From Lachnospira sp. (lineage in GTDB: Bacteria; Bacillota; Clostridia; Lachnospirales; Lachnospiraceae): a stretch of DNA of 64,000 nucleotides. The translations under genes and the position numbers were made by a program. The stretch lies in contig JBJEME010000055.1 of NCBI GenBank assembly GCA_051879515.1, forward strand, positions 1,961-65,960. Reading direction: 5' to 3'. Under the pieces are notes generated by a model. The model made no database searches. It was given only the letters and a program-made list of their open reading frames with translations, and had not been told where the DNA came from. Positions 29,251 to 38,774 of the stretch are shown here, piece after piece (position 1 is the first letter of the stretch; each line of letters begins with the position of its first letter).

Positions 29251-30111
29251 TCAATAATCAAACGGAATCAATACTTTCATATTGTCCGGGTCAGCAACTT
29301 CAATAAATACAATCTCAAACTGCATATATGGCTGTGAGAGATAAACCGTACCTGTAAGCTCCGTGTCAACACGCAGATTCTCAATAAATGTGCCTACGGC
29401 AAGATCATATTCACCGTTTACAATTCCCATCTGAATGGTGGAATAAATTCCATCGACAAATTCAATTGAATAACCATATTCGTTTGCGAATCTTGTAACA
29501 ACCTCAACTTCACTTCCGGCAAATTCACCGCTTTCAGAATCGATATAGCAAAAAGGATAGTAACCTGTCACCAAGCCGACTTTCAATGGTTTGCCACCTT
29601 CTATGGGCTCTACTTTGTGATATTCATACGAATCGCTATTGAGCCGGTTGTAAAGCTCCGTGAAGGTCGAACTTCCATAAAATGAAGAAGCAAATTGATT
29701 GAACTCTTCCAACACATCAGTTCGTTCACAGTTTACGCAGGCAACCAATTCCCCGGTTCCTGCTGATGGTTCCACAACTCGCAGACCACTTACACAATTC
29801 ATTACATCTGTTGCAAACGGGCGCTCAATTGCGATAGCATCGACATGACCATAGCGCAGAGCCATTATAAGATTGGCAAGTCCATCATATCGGACTAACG
29901 TCATATCGTCTCTGTCTGACAACAAGTAGTCGGCACTCCATACCAGACTCACACCGATGCGTCGTCCGTCGAAATTGTCAGTATCAGTAATAGGTTGATA
30001 TGTATGTTTTTGAGAGCATCCGCTTAAGACAAATAATAATACTATTGCAAGCAAAACCGATACAAGCGTCTTTGGCATAACTGCTCTGTTGAATTTCTTA
30101 AATAACAACAA
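29251..30111 (-). CDS. Amino acid ABC substrate-binding lipoprotein (SBP_bac_3, circularly permuted)
   Basis: Lipobox LSGC; ALRYGHVDA and LKVG...YYPFCY...GEYDLAV motifs. Confidence 0.82.
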   Translation of the reverse strand: MLLFKKFNRAVMPKTLVSVLLAIVLLFVLSGCSQKHTYQPITDTDNFDGRRIGVSLVWSADYLLSDRDDMTLVRYDGLANLIMALRYGHVDAIAIERPFATDVMNCVSGLRVVEPSAGTGELVACVNCERTDVLEEFNQFASSFYGSSTFTELYNRLNSDSYEYHKVEPIEGGKPLKVGLVTGYYPFCYIDSESGEFAGSEVEVVTRFANEYGYSIEFVDGIYSTIQMGIVNGEYDLAVGTFIENLRVDTELTGTVYLSQPYMQFEIVFIEVADPDNMKVLIPFDY

Positions 30112-30158
30112 ATGTCCAACTCCTTTCTTTAAAAAATGCGATATGTATATTATGCAGG

Positions 30159-30203
30159 AAAAAATAAACCCCTAAACCCCATGAGGGGCAGGGGCCTATT
30201 TTT
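30159..30203 (-). terminator. Terminator downstream of the LRR gene
   Basis: CCCCT...CCCC-ATGA-GGGG...AGGGG flanked by A/T runs. Confidence 0.65.
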
Positions 30204-30210
30204 ATACAAA

Positions 30211-32964
30211 TCACTTACAGTCTTTCTGTTTGTGATAAACTCCTGTAACAGTCAGCAGACCGCAGCTTACAAAGAGAAGTACAATCCACAATGCCATACG
30301 GTTGGCATCTCCTGTCTTTGGAGACTCCGCATCAACATCTCCTCCGGTTACGTTCTGGTCAGTGTCAGCAAGCAATTCACCGTATTCGTTTCCGCACAAA
30401 GCACACAATGCCTTGGCAGTGGTTGTTGCCGTTCCACCCTTGCATGTATGTGCGCCGACCTTTGCTTGCTCACTTTCTGCAACAGCAATAACGGGATAGC
30501 CGCATAATGTGTCAGGTATATCAACAGTGCTCATGCCATCTGCTAAATTAATTTCTGTAATGGTCACATTTGTTTCATCAAGGCTGTATTTCACCTGTGA
30601 CGTTGTATCGGGGATTCCTTCCAGAATTCTCAATTCCTTATCTGGCAGGAATATACTTTCAAGGCTTGTACATTCTCTAAAAGCATAATGTGCGATGGAT
30701 GAGACGCTGTATGGGATTGTAACGCTTTCAAGATTTGTGCAATTCCTAAAAGCATAAGCTTCAATGGTTTTAACGCTACTTGGGATTGTAACGTTTTCAA
30801 GGTTTGAACAGTCTCTAAAAGCACTTAGTCCGATGGATGTAACACTGTTTGGTATCGTAAAAGCATTGTTGCTGTTTCCAATAGGATATTGAATCAATAC
30901 AGTCTGTTCCTTATTATACAAAACGCCGTCTTTGGAAGAATAATTGGTATTGTTCTCATCCACTGTAATGCTTTCAAGGTTTGTGCAGTAACGAAAATTG
31001 TAATCTCCAACGGATGTAACACTGCCAGAAATTGTAATGCTTTCAAGGTTTGTGCAATTCCTAAAAGCATAATCTTTAATGGATGTAACACCGTCTGGGA
31101 TTGAAAAGATCTTTCTGCTATTTCCAGAAGGATATTGAATCAATACAGTTTGTTCTTTATCATATAAAACGCCGTCTTTGGAAGAATAATTGGTATTGTT
31201 CTCATCCACTGTAATGCTTTCAAGGTTTGTGCAGTAACGAAAACCGTAATATCCAATGGATGTAACGCTGCCAGGGATTGTAACACTTTCAAGGTTTGTG
31301 CAGTCCCTAAAAGCATAATCATCGATGGTTGTAACGCTGCCAGGGATTGTAAAGGTCTTTTCGCTATTCCCAGCAGGATATAAAATCAATACAGTTTGTT
31401 CTTTATCATATAAAACACCGTCTTTAGAAGAATAATCACTATTGTCTGCATCGACGTTTATGCTTTTAAGGTTTGTGCAGTCTCTAAAAGCATATTCTCC
31501 GATGGATGAAACGCTGTCGGGAATTGTAATGCTTTCAAGGTTTGTGCAGTATCTAAAAGCACAATCTTTGATGGATATAATGCTGTCAGGGATTGTAAAG
31601 GTTTTTCCGCTATTACCGACAGGATATTGAATTAATACAGTTTGATTTTTATCGTATAAAACACCAGTTACATCAGAAGAGTAGTAGGTATTATTTTGGT
31701 TCACAGTAATGCTCTCAAGGCTTGTGCATTCCCAAAAAGCTTCATTTCCGATGGATGAAACGCTCTCTGGAATCGTAATGCTTGTCAGTGAGACACACGA
31801 ACAAAAAGCATCAGCCCCAATTGTTGTAACACCATCTGGGATTGTTACGCTTGTCAGTGAGGTACAATTCTCAAAAGCATAATTCCCAATCGTTGTAACA
31901 CTATTTGGGATTGTTACGCTTGTCAGTGAGACACAATTCTCAAATGCATAATTATCAATCGCAGTAACGCCCTCTGGGATTGTTATGCTTTTTAACGAGG
32001 AACATTCAGAAAATGCCATTACCGGAATCGTAGTAACGCCCTCTGGGATTGTTATGCTTTCAAGGTATGAACTAAACGCAAAAGCATAATCTTTGATGGT
32101 GGTAACAGTGTTCGGGATTTCATAAGATTTTCTATTATTTCCTGAAGGATATTGCATCAATACCGTTTGTTGTTTATCGTATAAAACACCATCTTTAGAA
32201 AGGTAGTTAGCATTATTTTCCCCTACTGTTATGTTTGTAAGTGAGCTGCATTTATAAAATACATAATCCGCAATCGACGTAACGCTATCGGGAATTGTTA
32301 TGCTTGTCAGTGATGTACATTCACCCACTATATTCTCCGTAATCGACGTAACACCCTCCGGGATTGTTAAACTTGTCAGTGATCCACAGCAATAAAATGC
32401 CCAAGGCTCAATCGACGTAACGCCCTCTGGTATTGTTAAATATTTCAGCGAGAGACAGTCAAAAAATGCAGCAGTCTTTATAGTTGTAACGGTGCTTGGA
32501 ATGGTATAGGACTCTCTGTTATTCCCAATAGGATATTGAATTAATACAGTTTGTTGTTTATCAAATAAAACACCATCTTTAGAAGAGTAGTTAGCATTAT
32601 TTTCCGCTACCGTTATGTTTGTCAGTGAGTTACAGCCCCAGAATGCCTGATCCTCAATTGTTGTAACACTGTCTGGAATAGTTACACTTTTCAGGTTATT
32701 ACTCACAAATGTATATGCTTCTATGCCGGTTACCGGCACACCATCTATCTCTTTTGGAATGATTACATCTGTGACTCCATACTCACAGGCTGTTATTAAT
32801 CCGGTAGATTTATCAAAATAAATCGCTCCACCAGTAACCCCCTCTGTCCATTTTACATCAGTATCAGTTGAGGCAGATATGGACACAGTTGGTATTATGC
32901 ATGCAGTCATTACCATAAAGACTGCTGTAACAATAGATGTTAATTTTTTTAATCTATTATTCAT
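30211..32964 (-). CDS. BspA-type leucine-rich repeat surface protein, sortase-anchored
   Basis: Signal peptide, many 23-aa (L-x-S-I-T-I-P-x-S-V-T-x-I-G-x-x-A-F-x-x-C) repeats, SPKTGD plus TM plus basic tail. Confidence 0.93.
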   Translation of the reverse strand: MNNRLKKLTSIVTAVFMVMTACIIPTVSISASTDTDVKWTEGVTGGAIYFDKSTGLITACEYGVTDVIIPKEIDGVPVTGIEAYTFVSNNLKSVTIPDSVTTIEDQAFWGCNSLTNITVAENNANYSSKDGVLFDKQQTVLIQYPIGNNRESYTIPSTVTTIKTAAFFDCLSLKYLTIPEGVTSIEPWAFYCCGSLTSLTIPEGVTSITENIVGECTSLTSITIPDSVTSIADYVFYKCSSLTNITVGENNANYLSKDGVLYDKQQTVLMQYPSGNNRKSYEIPNTVTTIKDYAFAFSSYLESITIPEGVTTIPVMAFSECSSLKSITIPEGVTAIDNYAFENCVSLTSVTIPNSVTTIGNYAFENCTSLTSVTIPDGVTTIGADAFCSCVSLTSITIPESVSSIGNEAFWECTSLESITVNQNNTYYSSDVTGVLYDKNQTVLIQYPVGNSGKTFTIPDSIISIKDCAFRYCTNLESITIPDSVSSIGEYAFRDCTNLKSINVDADNSDYSSKDGVLYDKEQTVLILYPAGNSEKTFTIPGSVTTIDDYAFRDCTNLESVTIPGSVTSIGYYGFRYCTNLESITVDENNTNYSSKDGVLYDKEQTVLIQYPSGNSRKIFSIPDGVTSIKDYAFRNCTNLESITISGSVTSVGDYNFRYCTNLESITVDENNTNYSSKDGVLYNKEQTVLIQYPIGNSNNAFTIPNSVTSIGLSAFRDCSNLENVTIPSSVKTIEAYAFRNCTNLESVTIPYSVSSIAHYAFRECTSLESIFLPDKELRILEGIPDTTSQVKYSLDETNVTITEINLADGMSTVDIPDTLCGYPVIAVAESEQAKVGAHTCKGGTATTTAKALCALCGNEYGELLADTDQNVTGGDVDAESPKTGDANRMALWIVLLFVSCGLLTVTGVYHKQKDCK
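30884..31870 (-). repeat. Intragenic 246-bp (82-aa) tandem modules in the LRR gene
   Basis: GGATAT(T/A)...AATACAGT recurs at 30884, 31130, 31376 and 31622. Confidence 0.85.
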
Positions 32965-33104
32965 TATATGTTCCTCCTCTTTTTATAAAGCAAACGCTTA
33001 TTTACTTATTTATATTGTATTGTCCTAATTTTGTTATGTCAAGTGGGTTATTCAACCAATGATTTCTTGAAATGATTTCTCATTACTCACTTCCGGCTGT
33101 ATTA

Positions 33105-34673
33105 TCAGTCTATCGTGAATCTGGTGAGATTCTCCACCAGATGGTTCGCCTGAACATTCATATTGCCACAGTTGTCAGTAATACGGTGCATAAGTGCTGC
33201 CAGTTCTTCAGAACTTGCTGTAACTTCCTGGGTTGCGGCTGCCGTACTCTCAGCACTCTTTTCAATATTCTCAATCTGATTTGATATACTGTGAACCAAA
33301 TCATTCATTTCGTTGGTTATTCGGGTTACATCCTGCAGCTTATTACCCGTTGCCTCTATTCCTCCAAATATTGTTTCGAAAGAATTTATGACCTGTCCGG
33401 TATAAGAGAGGTTCTCCTTATTCTTGTCAACAACGTTCTCTATATACTCTCCACAGGCAGTGAAATTACCGGTAAGAGAATCAATAATCTGTTTGATATT
33501 ATCCAATTCTGAAGATGTATTCTCTGCAAGATTCTTAATGCTTTCAGCAACAACAGAGAATCCTCTTCCGGCTTCTCCTGCTCTTGCTGCCTCAATGGAA
33601 GCATTCAGGGACAAGAGACTGGTCTGAGATGCAATCTCTTCAATAACACTAAGAATATCAGTCATTTTCTTAATGGCTTCATTGGTCTCATGGATTTTTA
33701 CAGCAATAATAGAAATCTGCTCAGTCATCTGGGAGCTTCCTTTTGACATCACTTCAATCTTTTGTTTCATGTCATTACCGGAATTGTTCAGCTGCCCTAC
33801 ATAATCAATCATACTGTCAACTGCATTGTGAATGTCTTCCCCGTCATCAACCATCATATCAATGCTGTTCACAATTTCACTGACAGCACCAGCCTGGTTG
33901 GTAGCATCAGAAGCAACATTCTCTATAGCCGTGGCTACCTGACCAGTGGCCTCCATGGCACTTTCCGTCATGGAACTGATTTCTTCTGACAAAGACATGA
34001 CATCATTACTTACGTCAGAGACCTTATGCATTACTTCATTCAGGCTATGCACCATACTTCCAACCGAATTATTCATGGCAGCAATTTCATCTTTTCCTTT
34101 AAGTTCATCCACACGGCAGGTCAAATCGCCATCCGCAATGGACTTCACGGTTTCGCTGGATTTTAAAATCGGTTTAATCATTTTGTTTATTGCAAAAAGG
34201 ATAACTACAATATCAACCAAAATGAATGCTAACGCAAATCCGACAATAATCATACTCATGATGCGCTCCAGATGGGTAATTTCAGCTTTGGGACGCCCTG
34301 CAAAAATCATACCGTTGTCGGTTGGTTTGTAATAACCCATGTAATCTACGCCGTTAATGACAACATCCCTTGTCTGATACTCTTTACCTTCCTTCAGCAC
34401 AATCTGGATAACTTCTTCGCTGGCTTTGGTGCCAACTGCTCCCTCAATGGAACTCTCAACTCTGGTATCACCTTCGAATATCGTTATATCAATATCATCT
34501 TCTTTGAAGGCGTATACATCCCCGTTAAAACCGTCTAGAGCAATCTTAAGCATCTTAAGATTATCTTTCACCTTGGAATCGCTGGCAATGTATGTTGTAA
34601 GAATTGTCAGCGTTACCCCCAAGAAAATCAATGGAACGATAACTAATAATAAAATCTTTTGTTTAAACTTCAT
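33105..34673 (-). CDS. Methyl-accepting chemotaxis protein (single Cache, HAMP, MCP signal domain)
   Basis: Two TM helices, [37 protein letters not shown]. Confidence 0.95.
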   Translation of the reverse strand: MKFKQKILLLVIVPLIFLGVTLTILTTYIASDSKVKDNLKMLKIALDGFNGDVYAFKEDDIDITIFEGDTRVESSIEGAVGTKASEEVIQIVLKEGKEYQTRDVVINGVDYMGYYKPTDNGMIFAGRPKAEITHLERIMSMIIVGFALAFILVDIVVILFAINKMIKPILKSSETVKSIADGDLTCRVDELKGKDEIAAMNNSVGSMVHSLNEVMHKVSDVSNDVMSLSEEISSMTESAMEATGQVATAIENVASDATNQAGAVSEIVNSIDMMVDDGEDIHNAVDSMIDYVGQLNNSGNDMKQKIEVMSKGSSQMTEQISIIAVKIHETNEAIKKMTDILSVIEEIASQTSLLSLNASIEAARAGEAGRGFSVVAESIKNLAENTSSELDNIKQIIDSLTGNFTACGEYIENVVDKNKENLSYTGQVINSFETIFGGIEATGNKLQDVTRITNEMNDLVHSISNQIENIEKSAESTAAATQEVTASSEELAALMHRITDNCGNMNVQANHLVENLTRFTID

Positions 34674-34778
34674 AGAAAATCCCCCTGGTTATTATTATTG
34701 TTCTTCACACACATATATATACATATCGTAACATGACAGGGGGTAAATTACAACCTAAAAAGGCATAAAATCAGATTT

Positions 34779-35396
34779 TTATCCATTTTTTATCGATAAA
34801 TATTCAAGCGTTCCGTCAGGAAGACCGGTGCCTTTTTCAAGAAGGGAGATAAGACCTTTTAATGTGTTTTCTATGTCCTCTGTTGTGGATGGAACAATGT
34901 AATTGTCAAGCTTCACGGCAATTACAATCAATACTATTTCGGCAAGTGCTTCAGGATAATCAAATTCAATCTCACCGCAGGAAATTCCCTGGGAAATAAT
35001 TTCTGTCAATGCCGGTTTTAACTCTGAAACAAGATAATTCAAGTGCTTTTTATGCAGAAGAGCGAGACTCTGCGCACTCTCGTCGGACAAATGTGTGTTG
35101 TTCAAAAAAAGGGCAGATGAACTCCGGCAGGCTTGAAATAACATTGCCATCCGTGTGTAAGAGGATACATTTGTGTTGGCAGCAAGATTTTTAGCTGTCT
35201 GAAGAGGGCGTTCATAGCCTCTTCGAATCAGGGCATCAAAAATCGCATTTTTTGAAGGGTAATAATAGTAAATGCTTCCCTTTCCTATACCGGCTTTATC
35301 TGCAATTTCACTGACTGATATATGCTGTATGTCTTTTTCGTTCATGAGCTGCTGCAATGCATCGAGTATAATGTCTGATTTATTCTGTTCTGCCAT
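34779..35396 (-). CDS. TetR/AcrR family regulator
   Basis: ISVSEIADKAGIGKGSIYYYYPSK. Start at ATG 35396. Confidence 0.92.
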   Translation of the reverse strand: MAEQNKSDIILDALQQLMNEKDIQHISVSEIADKAGIGKGSIYYYYPSKNAIFDALIRRGYERPLQTAKNLAANTNVSSYTRMAMLFQACRSSSALFLNNTHLSDESAQSLALLHKKHLNYLVSELKPALTEIISQGISCGEIEFDYPEALAEIVLIVIAVKLDNYIVPSTTEDIENTLKGLISLLEKGTGLPDGTLEYLSIKNG

Positions 35397-35522
35397 ATCC
35401 TGTTTGACCGCCTTTCTGCAAAATGTGTTTTGTATTTTAACATATTGTTTTTGGTCGGACAATAGACAGGAAAAGAGATATCATAATAATTCTGATATAT
35501 TCATACATATATTTGTATACAC

Positions 35523-35586
35523 AGTAGTTGACCGATGGTCGAACTACGTGATAAAATTAAGAAAAATAAATCGACCGTCGGTCAGA
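35523..35586. promoter_or_regulatory. Two palindromic candidate TetR operators overlapping a SigA promoter
   Basis: GACCGATGGTC (35530-35540, inside a longer GTAGTT...AACTAC repeat) and GACCGTCGGTC (35573-35583). TTGACC 35528 and TGaTAAAAT 35549-35557. Confidence 0.7.
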
Positions 35587-35601
35587 TATATGGAGGTCAC
35601 T

Positions 35602-35952
35602 ATGACATACGCAGAATTTTTTTATGAGATCAAGAACAGATTTATGGAAGCTGATGTGAGCGATATTCATGAACATCTTGCATTCCAGTTTAATGTGGTG
35701 GATTCAGAATGCGGAGGTATATTTTATGTCGAGGTGAAGGACGGAAAGCTTTATGTGGAGCCGTATGAGTATTACGATCGTGATGCAATGTTTATTTCAG
35801 ACCCTGACACATTTATGAAGATTGCTGATGGTAAAACAGACCCTGTAACAGCATTTACTTTTCATAAGCTCAAGGTGGAAGGAAGCATTGATAAGGCACT
35901 ACGCCTGAAAGAAATCATAGATTTGAAGAAAAAACAGGCCGGGAAGGCATAA
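35602..35952 (+). CDS. SCP2 sterol/lipid-binding domain protein
   Basis: FQFNV...GIFYVEVKDG, DPVTAF..KLKVEG. GGAGG RBS before ATG 35602. Confidence 0.88.
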   Translation: MTYAEFFYEIKNRFMEADVSDIHEHLAFQFNVVDSECGGIFYVEVKDGKLYVEPYEYYDRDAMFISDPDTFMKIADGKTDPVTAFTFHKLKVEGSIDKALRLKEIIDLKKKQAGKA

Positions 35953-36033
35953 TACGACAAACAATAATGAATCATAAAAGGGTACAAGACGAACAATAAA
36001 ACATGCCGGGAAGGCATAATACGATAAAAAATA
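35931..36033 (+). repeat. 36-bp imperfect direct repeat, 67-bp period
   Basis: AAAACAGGCCGGGAAGGCATAATACGACAAACAATA (35931) and AAAACATGCCGGGAAGGCATAATACGATAAAAAATA (35998). Confidence 0.85.
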
Positions 36034-36049
36034 CAGGACAGGTGACGGT

Positions 36050-37018
36050 ATGGGAGTTAAAAAGATTATAGGAACAGGTCTTGCATGCGCAGGAGTATTA
36101 GGAGCTGTGGGTGCAGCAGAGATAGCATATTTCTACGGAAGAACTATGATAAGGCAGAAAACAGACATGGGTCGGACGGTTAAGATGGCAGGAACAGACT
36201 GGTCACAGTATAAGGATATGCTTGCAGAACGAAAACAATTCATGCTGGAGCAGCCACATGAGGATGTATATGTGGAAACCTTTGACTGCTTAAGACTCCA
36301 TGGAGTGTATTTCCCGCCAATAAACAATGCCTGTAAGAAGAAACGGGTTGTTATCTGTTTGCACGGTTATACAAGCAGGAGTATGCAGGATTTTACCGGT
36401 CTTACAGATTATTACTTTAAGCGTGGATATGCAATGCTTCAGACAGACGCAAGGGCACACGGCGAGAGCGAGGGCGAGTATATAGGCTTCGGATGTCTTG
36501 ACAGGAAAGATTTACTTAAGTGGATTGACTGGGTGATTGAAAAAATCGGACCTGATACGGAAATCTTTCTTCACGGCATTTCAATGGGAGCTTCTACAGC
36601 ACTTATGGCAAGCGGACTGATGCTTCCTTCGCAGGTAAAAGGAATAATATCTGACTGTGCATTCACTTCCCCTAGGGAAGTATTCACACATGTACTCAAT
36701 ACAATGTACCATCTGCCGGCTTTTCCAATGATTCAGGGAGCAGATGTTGTCAACAGAATATTTGCAGGTTACGGAATGGATGAATGTAATGCGAAACGCG
36801 AGGTGCAGAAGGCTGCAATTCCGATCCTTTTCATACACGGAGAAAAGGATACGTTTGTTCCGGCAAGAATGTGCAGGGAGATATATGAGTGCTGTGCTTC
36901 CCCTAAAAAGCTTTTAATAGTAGAGGGAGCAGCCCATGGAGAAAGCTATTACAAAGATACAGAAAGCTACGAAGCTGCACTTGATGATTTCTTTGAAAAT
37001 ATAAATACTTGGAGGTGA
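36050..37018 (+). CDS. Alpha/beta hydrolase
   Basis: HGY, RAHGES, nucleophile GISMG, IHGEKD, HG. Confidence 0.92.
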   Translation: MGVKKIIGTGLACAGVLGAVGAAEIAYFYGRTMIRQKTDMGRTVKMAGTDWSQYKDMLAERKQFMLEQPHEDVYVETFDCLRLHGVYFPPINNACKKKRVVICLHGYTSRSMQDFTGLTDYYFKRGYAMLQTDARAHGESEGEYIGFGCLDRKDLLKWIDWVIEKIGPDTEIFLHGISMGASTALMASGLMLPSQVKGIISDCAFTSPREVFTHVLNTMYHLPAFPMIQGADVVNRIFAGYGMDECNAKREVQKAAIPILFIHGEKDTFVPARMCREIYECCASPKKLLIVEGAAHGESYYKDTESYEAALDDFFENINTWR

Positions 37019-37022
37019 TTGT

Positions 37023-38420
37023 ATGAAAACACATAAAGGTTATAAGACATATCCTCTTACAAAAGCACAGGCGTTCCATTTTTATTATATGGATAAATGT
37101 CCGAAAAAAGAGGTTGTAAATGTGGGCACGAGTCTGACAATAGAATATGAGCTTGATTTTGATGTGCTAAAGCAGTCCGTATACAAGGCAATCGAGAGGT
37201 GTGAATCAATGCGACTTCGCTTTGTATATGACAACAAACTTAAGCAGTGGTTCCAGTATGTTGTGGAAAAGGAAGACAGGGATATAGAGTTTTTTGATTT
37301 TTCAAATCATACGATGAAAGAAGCTGAGACTATGATGACATCATGGACCAGGATCCCTTTCAAAATGCAGGATTCACCGATGAACCGCATAGTACTTATT
37401 AAGATGCCTGATGGCAGTCAGGGCATGTATGTACTGATTAATCATTTAATAGCAGATGCACAGTCACTGATTATTTTCATGAGAGATATAATTGAGATTT
37501 ACTGTAATGCCAAGTATGAGGGAGTGGAATATCCAAAGGAGATGCGCTCATATATTGAACAGCTTGAAAAGGATCTTGCCTATGAGGCGGGAAGCAAGGC
37601 ACAGCAGAAAGACAGGGAGTTCTTCCAGAACCTTATTGAACAGTCAGAGCCTCTCTATAACGGAATTGATGGTCCGCGGGCACTTGTGGCAGAGCGAAAG
37701 AATAATCCATCTGCGAGGGCAGCTGCATTCATTACGCCATACATGGAATCAGCTCTTGATATATATCACCTTGAGAAAGAACCTACAGCAAGGCTCTTGA
37801 AATTCTGTGAGGAACAGCATGTTTCACTCCAGTGTCTTCTAATAATGGGACTTAGAACATATTTTCAGAAGGCAAATGGTAATGACGATGTGTCCATAAA
37901 TGTGGCTTATGCAAGAAGAGCAACACTTTCAGAGAAGAAGTCAGGTGGAACGAGAATTCACTCATTCCCGTTCAGAACAATTATACCGGAGAACAAGACG
38001 TTTCTTGAAGGAATACATATAATCCGTGACGGGCAGAATGAAATATTCCGTCATGTTAATTATGATCCTGTTGAGTATTTTGCGTACAGGGCGAAGACAT
38101 ATCCTGTGGCTCCCGGAAGAACCTATGAACCTATGTCGCTTACATATCAGCCTATGACCTCAAAGGAACAGGGCTTAAGTAAGCTTGGGGACATTAAGTA
38201 TAAGACAAAATGGTATCCGAACGGTGCCACCACACAGGCACTCTACCTGACAGTTATGCACAGACCGGATGACAACGGACTGGACTTTAATTTTGAGCAC
38301 CAGATAATGGCAATATCAAAAAATACGTTGGATCATTTTTATTATTATATGTGCAGAATTATGTTTAAGGGAATTGAAAATCCTAACATGAAAATAGGCG
38401 ACATCATTAAGCTTACCTGA
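37023..38420 (+). CDS. Stand-alone NRPS-type condensation domain protein
   Basis: YPLTKAQ C1-like motif, CESMRLRF, active site NHLIADA (HHxxxDG variant), FRHVNYD. Confidence 0.85.
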   Translation: MKTHKGYKTYPLTKAQAFHFYYMDKCPKKEVVNVGTSLTIEYELDFDVLKQSVYKAIERCESMRLRFVYDNKLKQWFQYVVEKEDRDIEFFDFSNHTMKEAETMMTSWTRIPFKMQDSPMNRIVLIKMPDGSQGMYVLINHLIADAQSLIIFMRDIIEIYCNAKYEGVEYPKEMRSYIEQLEKDLAYEAGSKAQQKDREFFQNLIEQSEPLYNGIDGPRALVAERKNNPSARAAAFITPYMESALDIYHLEKEPTARLLKFCEEQHVSLQCLLIMGLRTYFQKANGNDDVSINVAYARRATLSEKKSGGTRIHSFPFRTIIPENKTFLEGIHIIRDGQNEIFRHVNYDPVEYFAYRAKTYPVAPGRTYEPMSLTYQPMTSKEQGLSKLGDIKYKTKWYPNGATTQALYLTVMHRPDDNGLDFNFEHQIMAISKNTLDHFYYYMCRIMFKGIENPNMKIGDIIKLT

Positions 38421-38522
38421 TATATGAAAATGATGCGTGGTACCAATTACTATATGACAGAATGAAACATTTGGAAAAGATAAGTGACAAATATTAAAAC
38501 GTAGAAAAAGAAGGGCGACATT

Positions 38523-38753
38523 ATGTTTGAGAAATTAGTTGATATCATCATGAATTATGTTGAAGTGGACAAAGAAGAAATTAAGCCGGAATCAAGATTT
38601 ATGGAGGATTTGGGATTTACTTCCTTTGATTTCATGAGCATGCTAGGTGAGATTGAGGACGAGCTTGACGTAGAGATTGATCAGATTGAGGCTGCCAATA
38701 TCCGAACTGTAAAGGAAGCAGCAGATTATCTTGAGAAGCTTTCTTTAAAATAA
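38523..38753 (+). CDS. Acyl carrier (thiolation) protein
   Basis: 76 aa, acidic, DLGFTSFD with a phosphopantetheinyl Ser candidate at position 34. Confidence 0.92.
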   Translation: MFEKLVDIIMNYVEVDKEEIKPESRFMEDLGFTSFDFMSMLGEIEDELDVEIDQIEAANIRTVKEAADYLEKLSLK

Positions 38754-38774
38754 TTCTTTCCGGGAGGATAATAT

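Noticed and set aside
30211-32964. Regularly spaced repeats resembling a CRISPR array
   Set aside because: The repeats are in-frame LRR coding units without unique spacers, and there are no cas genes.
35272-35601. 110-aa N-terminal extension of the SCP2 ORF
   Set aside because: It overlaps the divergent TetR gene and its promoter; a strong RBS precedes ATG 35602.
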